A stretch of DNA of 63,453 nt, the filler included, from Octopus bimaculoides (lineage: Eukaryota): assembly GCF_001194135.2 (NCBI RefSeq). It is 4 parts of 4 records of this genome, joined end to end, with 100 filler letters (N's around TTAATTAATTAA, not from the genome) between each part and the next. Parts side by side here need not be neighbours in the genome. Positions count along the whole stretch, not along the records: positions 43,562 to 62,178 come from NC_069001.1; positions 62,279 to 63,453 come from NC_069004.1; 2 more parts are not named here. One strand, written 5' to 3'. The position numbers were made by a program, and so were the translations under genes. Positions 52,274 to 63,453 of this stretch are shown here, piece after piece; positions within the stretch are counted from its first letter, which is position 1; every line of letters begins with the position of its first letter. Under the pieces are notes generated by a model. The model was not told where the DNA came from. It saw only the letters and a program-made list of their open reading frames with translations, and did no database searches.

Positions 52274-52669
52274 CGTTGCTGCTGCTGTTATTATTATCAT
52301 TATTATTATTATTAGTATTATTATTATTGCTGCTGCTGTTGTTATTAAGATTATTATAATGACTACTACTGCTACTACAATTCTTATTATTATTGCTGTT
52401 GTTGTTCTGTTTGTGTTGCTGTCGTTAATGGTGGTGGCAGTGGCGTTATTTCTATTGTTTTGCTGCTTCTTTTCAATGCATAACCGACCACAACTCAGTG
52501 TAACTACAACGGAACATGCGCACATTTTTGCTGTTTCTGCACTCTTTCATCGATAATGCAATGTTACGTCGAATTCAGAGTATTAATTTTCTGTACATTT
52601 TCTGTATATATGCAGAGCCTAGTCATTCACATACAACTTGTCACATTATTTTCCTTATTATTAAGATGG

Positions 52670-53150
52670 CAATCTGGCAGAAACGTTAGTGCGCCTGGTA
52701 AAACGATTTGCGGCATTTCGGCTGCTTTTGCGTTCTAATTTCAAATACAGCCAAGGACGATTTGCTTTTTAACTTTTGAGACCAATAAGATAAGTACAAG
52801 TTGAATCCTGATGTTGATGTAATCGGCATAAACCTCCCCGAAACTGCTGGCTTCGTGTCAAAATCTGAAATAATAATAAAGATAATAATAATTGTTGTGA
52901 TAATTATTTTCATTATTATTAACGTGGCGATCTCTCAGAATCGTTAGCATGCCGTTCCTCATCGGAGAGTGCGAGGAATGTTAATGCAGTGTACTTAGTG
53001 GCATTTTTTCTGCTGCTACGTTCTGAGTTCAGATTCCGCCAGGTTCCACTTCGCTTTTCATCCTTTCGGAGTCGATTATGTAAGTACCAGTTACGTACTG
53101 GAGTCGATATAATGGATTTAATCTCTTCTCCTAAACGAGCACCCAGCATC
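52670..53150 (+). mobile_element. two tandem SINE family B copies
   Basis: Heads at ~52675 (GGCAGAAACGTTAGTGCGCC) and ~52935 (CAGAATCGTTAGCATGCC), each with a TAAGTAC(A/C)AGTT core. Confidence 0.75.
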
Positions 53151-54265
53151 GCATTAATGGTTAAATATTGTTTAATTTTGAGTTGAGATAAAAATAGTTT
53201 AATGTGAGGTAAATTTCCAAAAATTATCAACCCTCCTACATGGGGATATTACGAGTCTGAACTCTCCCTTGTTAATCTATACATGTTTTTGTGTGTGTTT
53301 GTAATTTGGAATAAAATTCAAGATATTGCAATGATAATTCTACCATACGGATCAATGTCTCGGAAGGCCATTTCATATAAGATGCAAGAACATAATATGG
53401 ACATAATATTGAATTACCTCTTTATAAGAGTCTTGGACATGTTTTATGAACATGTAGATAAAGATTACTTCCGATTGGTCTGCACAAATTTCTCTCAAGA
53501 CGTGCAAACTTCTGATGAGGTGACAAATGTAGAAATATTTTATAAGCCAAATGTTAGGTTGCTATTATATAATTTACAGAACCATTTGTAAGAATGTCAC
53601 CTGTGTATGAAATATTGTCATTTGGAAATCTAGCTGTGAAAATGTATTATAAATGGGAAAACGTATTTGAGCTACACATCTTAAGCGCAAAACGGAGAAA
53701 ATTTCAAGAGAGTATATTCCACAACTTTTACGCGGCTAATCTGATAAGATTTGCCAGTTATTTTCCATTCCCGTACGTATAGTCATCATCTATTTGCATT
53801 CATTCATACCGGACTTACAAGATAAATCATTTGAAATTTTCGGCTCTAACGTAATCAGTTAGAAATGGTATCTTTACGGGAGCAAAAACATATACACATA
53901 TGGAAAATCACAAACCTAACACCCAGTAAAACAAAACCACAAATACCTGCGCAGTCATACCCATGTCTCACACACCTTCGGTTCCCGACTCAAATATCTT
54001 TTGCTTTTAGAAATTACTCCTGTCGCTACATGTTCGAGGTATGCTTCATTTCATTTTTTGCAGATCCCACCCAGGATCTGCAAAGGATCGTTAATGTCTG
54101 AAGACATTACAGGGAGACAGACAGATAGATCTGGAGATATCAAGGAGAGGCTGTCAGAGATACAGATCGGAAGACATTAGAGAGAGAGAGAGAGAGAGAG
54201 AGGAAGAGGGTCTGAGAGTAACATGTAATGATTAAATGCAAAATCAAACGATAAAAAAGGAGAAA

Positions 54266-54368
54266 GGCGCCTGAGTGACTATGTGGTAAGTAGCTTGCTT
54301 ACGAACCACATAGTCCCGGGTTCAGTTCCACTGCGTGGCATCTTGGGGGGGAAGTGTCTTCTACTATA
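54266..54368 (+). mobile_element. SINE family A head
   Basis: GGTAAGTAGCTTGCTTACGAACCACATAGTCCCGGGTTCAGTTCCACTGCGTGGC. Confidence 0.85.
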
Positions 54369-55854
54369 GATAACTTAGAATAATTATTTTCTGTTATTAT
54401 TTATGAATAAGTTCTTATCTTCTCCACAAGCCCTTTTCTCTCTCATAGTTTGAACGGCGCAACATGAGCGTACCAATTCATAGTCATTCTTTTACCGTAC
54501 ATAGAACCAGTGCATAAATAAATTATCTGTGGAATACGTTGTGCGATTATTGAATCCTAATCATGTTAGTACATGGATTTGAAAAAGTGGTATTTACTAC
54601 ATCGTTCACTTTTGCAGGCCCCTTAAGTTAAGAGGAAGTAGGGAAGCCTACGCTGGTTGTAAAGCGGTGGCAATGGAGAAACAAACACACGCGCAAATGT
54701 ACATACAGTAGTTTCCGTCTGCTGTATCCACTCAGATGTCTTTCGTGGTCCTGGAGTAATAGCAGAAGACACTTTCCCAAGTTGTCCCATAACGACATTG
54801 AATCGAGAAGAATGTAGATGTAGGGCAAACCATACCACTACGCCGGTTCCTTTCCGTATGCAACTCAGACCTAAATGCTTAAATATGATGTCTATAGTAC
54901 CCATGTCACATATATTTATGTGCATGTCTTCTATGTAACTTAATATATACCACTGAGTTCATAGAACCTATCTATCTTCATCGAACAGAATATTTTATAT
55001 TTTTCATTCATTTTACTGTGATTAAATTTTGCTCACGCTTGTCATATAATCCAGATTTCATATCGATGTTTATGGTAATCTGATCCATGTAATTTGTTTC
55101 ACAAAGTTACCTTCTCTTTGTTATTTACACTGTAAATGTTGTGATCATCCATAAATAACAATTATTGTTTTCTTTCGAATAATTTATATCACGGTAAATT
55201 GTTTTTTAGATAAATGTTTTAACGCCATGTAAAAACAAAAAAATAAAAAAAATTAGTAAGAGAAAATGAACTTTGTTTATTCTTCGTCTTTTATGATAAA
55301 CCCTTTTATTTGAGTCTATAGAAATGTCTGCCATTTATCATTCATTCATATTTTATGTTCCTGCTTATTTATGGTGTGAACTTTTTATTTTGATTAATGT
55401 TTCCAGACTCGACGCGGGGCATTGGTGAATTGTCAAAAGGCCTTTGTTAGTCAATACATGCCATATTCAAACCCGTCTTTTTCCATCAGTTATGGATTTG
55501 TTGTTCAGAAATATGAATTTCGTAGAATCCTATCAGCTCTTCAATAAATTACATATTTTCCGGTTATCATTCAACTACAGTCATAGGGCCAAGTACTGAG
55601 ACTGCCAGGCGCATGGCTGATTATAATGTAACAGACAGACAAATGGCTGAATAGGCAGATTTGTCCATGTCACTCTGTTTATGTATGGATTTCTGTGCAG
55701 TGTCATCTATTATTTTTTTTTAATGGTATAAATATTCGATTTGTCGGTCAGCAGAGATAATGTGTGTTGGATCCGTTACAGTATGATAACGAATTTTTAA
55801 TGACTAACTTGCCAACTGTAGCATTGTCATGCCTATTTTAAGATTCTTCAAGCC

Positions 55855-56028
55855 TGGCTGCATGGTAAGATGCTTGCTTCCTAACGTCATGGTACCGGGT
55901 TCAGTCCCACAGAGTGGCACCTTGAGCATGCTTCTTCTACTACAGCCTCAGACCGACCAAACCTTGTGATTGGATATGATAGACGTAAACTACAAGGAGC
56001 CCATCGTATATATATAAATATATATATG
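55855..56028 (+). mobile_element. SINE family A head
   Basis: GGTAAGATGCTTGCTTCC...CCGGGTTCAGTCCCAC...GACCGACCAAACCTTGTG. Confidence 0.8.
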
Positions 56029-56044
56029 TATGTATATATATATA

Positions 56045-56247
56045 TTTCATTCGCCATGATATATCGCTGACCATTACACACATTGTTTTCTCTCCTTGTG
56101 TCTCTCCTATTTTCTTTCTGTATTCCTTTCTGTTGAAGAGCGTAGGCTCGAAACATTAGACTTTCTCTATTCCCGAGCTTTATACTAATACATCCATTTG
56201 TTGTCTACACCACCTGTCTTCGTATGTTGTTTGTTCGTGAATTCTCC

Positions 56248-56250
<3 letters not shown>
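56045..56250 (+). mobile_element. Penelope-like terminal (pLTR) fragment with degenerate hammerhead motif
   Basis: Contains CTGTTGA-A-GAGC-GTAG-GCTC-GAAAC (56130-56154), followed by a pyrimidine-rich tail. Family assignment is inferred from the motif. Confidence 0.55.
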
Positions 56251-56301
<51 letters not shown>

Positions 56302-56305
<4 letters not shown>

Positions 56306-56455
56306 GACCGTCTTCCAGTGTCCTACTACCAAATCTACTCACAAGGCTTGCGTCTGTTCGAAGTAGAAGGCACTTGCCCAAGGTGCCACGTAGTGTCACT
56401 GGACCCGGAACCATGTAGTTGGAAAGCAAGATTCTTACACACAGACATTCCAGTG
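56302..56455 (-). mobile_element. SINE family A head (inverted relative to 55855-56028)
   Basis: CCAAATCTACTCACAAGGC...CACTTGCCCAAGGTGCCACG...GACCCGGAACCATG. Confidence 0.8.
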
Positions 56456-58724
56456 CCTGATCACTTCATTTGAAATTTGTTATCTTCAATTTAAAATGAG
56501 AGATTTTCAGTGCTGCAATTATCTAATCGTTACTGCTTTAAAAGGCATATGAGTAAACTATATTTTAGACGTAAGAAATATTTAGCCATATTATAGACTA
56601 TATTTTAACTAATAGTGAAGTTCGACAAGAAAATTATCTTTCGATGGTTAAGTTTTATGCTATTTATTACCATTTAATATTCTCTATACTCATTTCTTTA
56701 AACATGTTTCTGCTACAGCATTATTATAATTATAAAAGGCGATGATGAGGAACAGCTTATCGAAAGAAATGTTGGAAATCTGTTCACTAATGAGATTATA
56801 AGGTGATTAATTCGTATAGCTATATACAGTTTTCGAAATAGGTTTAGAGTAAAGTAATTTTCTGAAAATACTTACAAAACGATATCCAAGAATGTAGCAT
56901 TCTTAAACGTATTTATTATTAATTTTGAATTAAATTATCTAAATGTTTGTATTAATCCTTTTTTTTTTCTGAATACATTAATCCCTCGACTATCGTGAGT
57001 TTTACGTACCAAAACCCCTGCGAGAGGTGAAAATCCGCCAAGTAAAAACAGTACTGTGTAAATGTTTTCAGTATTATTATAATTTGTATATATTTATTTT
57101 ATTATAAATTCAATTCAACACCACGGAAGAATTGGCATATGCTTAAATATCAAATTGCGATAGGTTAACCGCGATATGGCAAGGGATTATTGTATATTTA
57201 CTGTAGAGCGATTTTTCACAGGTGATGTATTTTGGCATCTCTACGGGTTTAATTCTAAAAAGAGATTCATTTAAGTGAGTCTAATAATGGAAACTCTCAT
57301 AGCTACAAACCTCTGTACTGTCGCATCTATACATAGTCACAAAGAAAAATATTTTTTCGATATTGGGTTTAAATTTAAATTATTGTCGTGGAAAATTAAT
57401 GAGTTACATGCATTCATTAAAACATTAATATCGATATTGCTAATGTCAGTGAATGAATTGCAAAATGACAAAGCTTTTAGAAGAAAATGTTTTATGATCG
57501 AAAAATGAAAAAAACACTTCACTGCATCACTGTGATAGTTTTGAGATTGTATTTTAACCAATATACTCCGAAGCCATTTGATTAACGACATGCTATTGTT
57601 TCATAGAGGTGCACAAGTGAATTGTATAATTTTTTAATTAATGGAGACTAAACAAAACTCAATTTCCAATTAATTCTTTATCAGAATTAATTAGTCTATA
57701 AAAGCGATTGCCTAAAATGTTATCATTGTGGTCTTTGATTGTTATATGGCTTTGACTCTTAGCGTGACATGAAACTCTCCATTTACATTACGTCAGCATG
57801 CTTATTTGGGTGAATCTGTATTAACAATTCCGTACTATGTTTTCACTCGTTCTTTATTTGTATGTTCTGCTACAATATTTAAAGGAATTAAACCCTAAGT
57901 AACTGTGATAACCTTTTAAAAAATTTCAGTCATTATTGTTCATGGAAAAACTGTGCACTTAAGAAATTTAGGCTTTGACTAAAATTCGTTGAGTATTCAT
58001 GTGGCTTACCGAAAAATTATAATGATACCGAAATGTCTATCTACCCATGAGGCAAAATAATAAATTTAGTCATATTCAAATCTTCAGTCTGTTCTTTATA
58101 TTGAAAGCTATAGAAATCATGGGAGAAAATAAAACATTTTATTGATTAAAATACAGAATGTTACCGTTAGATTCAAAACTCACAGTTTGATTGATTAATT
58201 CTACTATTAAAAGAAATAAATGTAAACATTTCTGCACGAAGAAAACTTCAAAAAAATAAGTGAAGTGATGTTAAGATGACAATATACAGATTTCAATTAT
58301 TCGATTGACTCCATGGCTTGTGCAGCTATATGGGAATGGAATTTATTCTCAGACAAGAAATCACTTTCAACCGTAGTTCTCTGATTACGGAGCGAATTAA
58401 TGTTATTCGTTCATGATGTAACTCTATAACGAAAACGGTTTCCTGTTTTGCCCACAGCCTGGCAAAGCTGCGGTATTGGCCACCTTGAGAATCATAAATT
58501 TTAAGTATATTTTTCCTACACTGGTTAGCGTTATGAACATATTCTTGACACTTAATAGCAGATATTTCGATCCCAAATGTTAAGGTTGGACTGTGGTCAT
58601 GCATGGGCAACGCATAAAAGATTTTATTTAAATGAATCGACCGCAGTAATTTTTTTGTTTCAGAGACTGGAACTTTTTCTATACATTTTTTATGCCGAAA
58701 AGGTTAATTACGGGAACCTAAATT

Positions 58725-58890
<166 letters not shown>

Positions 58891-59129
58891 CACACGGTTA
58901 GGCAACATTAACCCGTAATGAGTATAGGGCCAGTTCGCTGGCGTCTATATTCTTCCTCGGCGGAGGACAGCAACGTGAAATGAGGTGATTCGCTCGAGAA
59001 CGAAAAGTATCTACCGCTCTAGGATTGGAATCAGAAACCTATATTCATGAGCCCAACACCTTAACCATTGAGACATACAACTCTATAGACCGATAAATAG
59101 ATAGACGCATACATACATAAACATATGTG

Positions 59130-59305
59130 TGTGTGTATGACTAGGTTCGTTAACTTTCTATCGCCCTAATCAACTCAAAAGGTTTTGAACAGCCGGAGGC
59201 TATAGGAAAAAGCACTTGTCAAAGGTGCAACACAGTGGGACTGAACCCGGAAACATTTTGTTGGGAAACAAATGTCTTACCACTCAGCTACGGCTGCGCC
59301 TATAC
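59130..59305 (-). mobile_element. SINE family A head, diverged
   Basis: CACTTGTCAAAGGTGCAACACAGTGGGACTGAACCCGGAAAC. Confidence 0.7.
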
Positions 59306-60130
59306 AAAGTTAAAGGAGTTTAACCGCCTTTCTTTTTTTTTTTTAAAAGAAGCCGCCATTTGCTTGAGACATTTCCATAATTTAATTAAATAAGAATATT
59401 CTACTCCCCGTATCGATTCTCTTTTCCATTATGGTTTATTATCTAAGTTTGTTTTAACATGAATAGCTAGTTATACATATATTCACACATACGTATATAC
59501 ATAGATAGATATGTATGTATGTATGTTTGTATATTTACGTATGCTTGTATGTATAAAGGTATCTATGTATGAATACATACCATCTCATGTGTATGGGGGG
59601 CGTGTGTATGTATCTGCTTCCCTGTCTAAGTGACAGAGGGCGTGGGGTGAACAATATATATGTATGTGTGTGATTCCATGCGCGTTTGAGTATGTATATG
59701 TGTGTTTTAATGATGTTTATGCTGTGTCCCTTTATGTCCTATAACTTACCGTTTTGGAAACCACAGACTGAGATAAGTACTGAGGTCGATAAAAAGTCGG
59801 TGACCCCAGATGGCAAAAGTCCAATGAATGAAACTAGTAAAAGAATATATATATGTGTGTTCTAACACACATATATGCACAGACACTTGTAGATAGAATG
59901 CGTTTGGTCTACAAACGAACGTCTTTGAATAATTGTGTCTGAATAACGCTTTAGGAAATCTACTGACATGTCTGATTTGAAACTAAATAAAGTGACATTG
60001 TATTGATCAACTACTTGATCAAATCGATACTGTCTTTTCAACACTTAATAGATTGATAGCTAAACTTCGTGGTCTGAGTCATTAGTCAGCACAACTGCGA
60101 CTGTTACTGACACCACACGTTGTATGTGGT

Positions 60131-60189
<59 letters not shown>

Positions 60190-60965
60190 NNNNNNNNNNT
60201 GTGTGTGTGTGTATACATATATATACACATATATCATATCTATATATATATTATATATATATATATATATATATCATATCTATATTATATATATATATAT
60301 ATATAAATATATATACACATCATACATAGATATATACGCATATATACATAGATATATATATAAACACACATACACATACACACACACATATATATAATAC
60401 AGTTGTTTTATTACATATTTGCTGTGTGTATCTCAATGTAGGTATAAGTATATGTATGTTTCTCTATATACAGAATCAACCAAATAATAATAAGAAGAAG
60501 GAGGAGAAGAAGAAGAATACATTAATAGGCACTTGGGTATATTACATTCACAGTTCATACACACAGAAACAAATTATTTAGCAAGGGGTTAGTAAGGTTC
60601 ATTGGGTGGAAGAATCAAGATATATATTGGTAAGTGGAGGGATTATTGATGCAATATGCTTTAAAATGAGATCAATTTAAAAGATTTTAAAATCATGCAA
60701 TTGATTATATAATATTACAGAGCTACCCAATACACATAATAAATCAGTTATCTAAAATAAATGAGAAAATTTCGATGATGAGGGCATTATGTGTTTCCGA
60801 TGATAAGGATACTTTCAAAAGCAATGCTCCCCTTCTCCCACGTATTCTTCAAAACTATCAGCACACAATTTTCTGTGATTACCCTTTTATTCATTTTGAG
60901 CAAGAAATGACATTCATGTTGTTTGGATGACTTATAGCATGTGGTAAGCATATACAGGTCCATTT

Positions 60966-61353
60966 GTGGACGTGCAATGGCCCAATGGTTAGGCCAGTGG
61001 ACTGGCGGTCATAGGATCGCGGTTTCGATTCCCAGGCCGGGCGTTGTTAGTGTTTATTGAGCGAAAACACATAAAGCTCCACGAGCCTCCGGCAGGGGAT
61101 GGTGGTGAACCCTGCTGTACTCTTTCACCACAACTTTCTCTCACTCTTTCTTCCTGTTTCTGTTGTGCTTGTATTTCAAAGGGCCAGCCTTGTCACACTG
61201 TGTCACGCTGAATATCCCCCGAGAACTACGTTAAGGGTACACGTGTCTGTCGAGTGCTCAGCCACTTGCACGTTAATTTCACTAGCAGGCTGTTCCGTTG
61301 ATCGGATCAACTGGAGCCCTCGACGTCGTAAGTGACGGAGTGCCAACAACAAC
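60966..61353 (+). mobile_element. young full-length tRNA-derived SINE with target-site duplication
   Basis: A-box TGGCCCAATGG, B-box GGTTTCGATTCCC, (AAC)n tail. TSD ATACAGGTCCATTT (60952-60965) / ATACAGGTCCCTTT (61354-61367). Confidence 0.85.
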
Positions 61354-61479
61354 ATACAGGTCCCTTTATCATTTAGCTGTCTTCCTTCTGTTTCTTTTAC
61401 TCTTATCCATGGTGTCTTGCATGTACTTATGCCTTTTATCAACGTCTTTCAATAAAGTCTCGTTGGCCCAGCGATTAGC

Positions 61480-62050
61480 ACTGAATATATTTTCCTTTGA
61501 AGATTGGTAGGATCTAAGCTTTGCTATTGATGATCTTTCTTCCACAGGCTAAGTATTTCTCGTAAACGAATACTAGCCTTACTCCATGTAAGTTGGGCTC
61601 TTACCTGCGAGCAATTGCTCCTCGCCGGAGAGGGTATCTACCCATTCCAATCATCGCTGGAGCATAAGAGCCAATTTCTGAGAGGAGGAGCTTAATACTT
61701 CTTCCTTTTCCGCAATTGCCTGCATTACTACGTAACACGCTTTCACTCTATTTTTCAAATTCATTATTGACTAAGGCTAAGACAGGGAAGTGCATGTAAG
61801 ACGGTGGACTTCAGTAAAGCAGGAGATAGTGCTTCGAATGCAAATTTGCGTCTACTGCATTTCTTTGCGTAGGCATGAACTTAGAAAAAACATTCTCCGT
61901 GATATACTTTAGCTGCTATTTCTTCTACTTTCAAGTCGTGCATACAGAAGACCTCTCTACTGTTTTCTTTGCGATACACGTAAAACAGAAGTGTTGGCTC
62001 TAGATTGAAAGTTTTAATACCGTATCGCAGCACCACTGTAATGTATAAGA
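61480..62050 (-). mobile_element. possible decayed Tx1-like LINE C-terminal relic
   Basis: Weak similarity only (TVLHALPC; AIAEKEEVL...DTLSGEEQL). Many stops. Confidence 0.3.
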
Positions 62051-62084
62051 CAGGAATGTTCACGTCACGATGGTTAGGTTTCTT

Positions 62085-62158
62085 CTAGGATAGCCTCGGG
62101 CCGACCAAAGCCTTGTCAGTGGATTTGGTAAACGGAAACTGAAAGAAGCCTGTCGTAT
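62085..62158 (+). mobile_element. SINE family A fragment abutting a gap
   Basis: TAGCCTCGGGCCGACCAAAGCCTTGTCAGTGGATTTGG...GAAAGAAGCC. Confidence 0.85.
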
Positions 62159-62278
62159 ATATATATATATATATATATNNNNNNNNNNNNNNNNNNNNNN
62201 NNNNNNNNNNNNNNNNNNNNNNTTAATTAATTAANNNNNNNNNNNNNNNNNNNNNNNNNNNNNNNNNNNNNNNNNNNN

Positions 62279-62552
62279 AAAAATGGAAATAACACTGACA
62301 TCTCATTTTAACAGAAATATTTACCAAAATTACATAAAAATATCTTGAAATACTAAAGAGTAAATTTATTCAATAAACTCGCCCTTGGCTTCGACCATGG
62401 CCTCCAGACCACTTCGGAATCTCCTGCAACTCTTCTGGACGGTCTCCTTGTTGAAGTTGGTGAATGCTGCTATAATCCTTGCCCTTAGTTCATCTTTGGT
62501 GTTACAAGGAGTTTTGTTGATCTCTCGCTCACCTATGCCCAACACATTATAA
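62279..62552 (-). mobile_element. 3' fragment of the same maT-like Tc1/mariner family
   Basis: Closely similar to 6035-6300 (AACACTGACATCTCATTTTA...CTCCTGCAACTCTTCTGGA...GTTCATCTTTGGTGT). Confidence 0.85.
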
Positions 62553-62589
62553 ACGAGACCACAAGATTCCCCTTGAACCCGACACTAAT

Positions 62590-63138
62590 CCGTCGCAGAG
62601 GTACTCATTACGACTGAGTGAACTGCCGAGATGTGAAATGAAGTGTTTTTCTCAAGAACACCACGAACCGCTGGGCTGAGAATCGAAACCACGGTCTTGT
62701 GATCGTGAGTGTAATGCCCATAACCACCAGGCTACGGGCCTTCATCTCCAACGCATTAACTTTTGGGATATTTTGGTCTCTATTTAAGATTTCTGCATTG
62801 GATTTGAACTCACGTTTCATGATCTGGCAGTCCAGCTCATTAAATACTGTTTCGAGTCCTGGGTCTCATAAGAGCTGACTATTCAGCTTCCATGTAAAAG
62901 ATGAGGTAAAGTTAGCTTCTCGAGTCATCCCGACTCATAAGAATCGGTTTCCATGGCGTATGTACTCCTCACTTGGATGGGACGCCAGTCCATCACCGGA
63001 TAACTCATCCTTGCCAGCTAAGTGGACTGGAGCAACATGAAATGAAGTGCTTTGCTCAAGAACACAACGCGTCGTCCAGTCCAGGAATCGAAACTACAAT
63101 CTTACGATCATGAGTCCAATACCCTGACCACTAAGCCA
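62590..63138 (-). mobile_element. cluster of SINE family C copies (62590-62740, 62905-63138)
   Basis: GAAATGAAGTG(T/C)TTT..TCAAGAACAC...GGAATCGAAAC. Further diverged copies at ~45960-46170 (+) and ~58905-59070 (-). Confidence 0.8.
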
Positions 63139-63305
63139 GTCTGTTGCAGGGTTACTCATTTGATTTGCAGCTTGGTGAACCGGGGCAGCAGGGAAAAGAA
63201 TTGTTTTGCTCAGGGGAAAAATTCACCGCTGGCCCGGGAATCGAAACCACGACACATAGCGCCGGCTACTAATCCCAAGATTCCGAGTTCGATTCCAGGC
63301 AGTGA

Positions 63306-63391
<86 letters not shown>

Positions 63392-63453
63392 GGACCATTA
63401 AAACAACGAACTTAGCACCTGAGCAACTCTGGGCCCCTATAACAACTGAAGAG

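Noticed and set aside
53283-53782. Two consecutive ORFs (102 and 62 aa) in AT-rich DNA
   Set aside because: Different frames, no recognisable motif, no splice signals; may be an unrecognised TE relic.

Overview
Eukaryotic, AT-rich, microsatellite- and SINE-saturated genomic DNA from a gapped short-read assembly. The SINE families and repeat landscape suggest a coleoid cephalopod, probably Octopus (inference, no database search done). The first ~18 kb hold two + strand genes. The first is a complete 3-exon ALG2 (alpha-1,3/1,6-mannosyltransferase, join 1155-1650, 2271-2471, 2865-3370; 400 aa). The second is an uncharacterised coiled-coil protein gene, reconstructed by hand from 10 phase-compatible GT-AG exons (7269-14133, 392 codons; both ends uncertain). 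From ~20 kb to the end I found no host coding exons. That stretch holds SINEs, simple repeats and decayed transposons: maT-like and mariner Tc1/mariner, Buster-like hAT, R4/Dong-like RLE LINE ends in (AAT)n tracts, Tx1-like LINE, Penelope-like relics with a degenerate hammerhead motif, and a Merlin-like MITE. Almost all long ORFs in the supplied track are microsatellite or N-gap artefacts. The most intriguing observation is a perfect 24-bp hairpin in an intron of the coiled-coil gene whose arms carry both splice sites of a potential in-frame 39-nt cassette exon. No CRISPR array, rRNA or bona fide tRNA gene was seen, and I cannot claim a confirmed novel multi-gene system.
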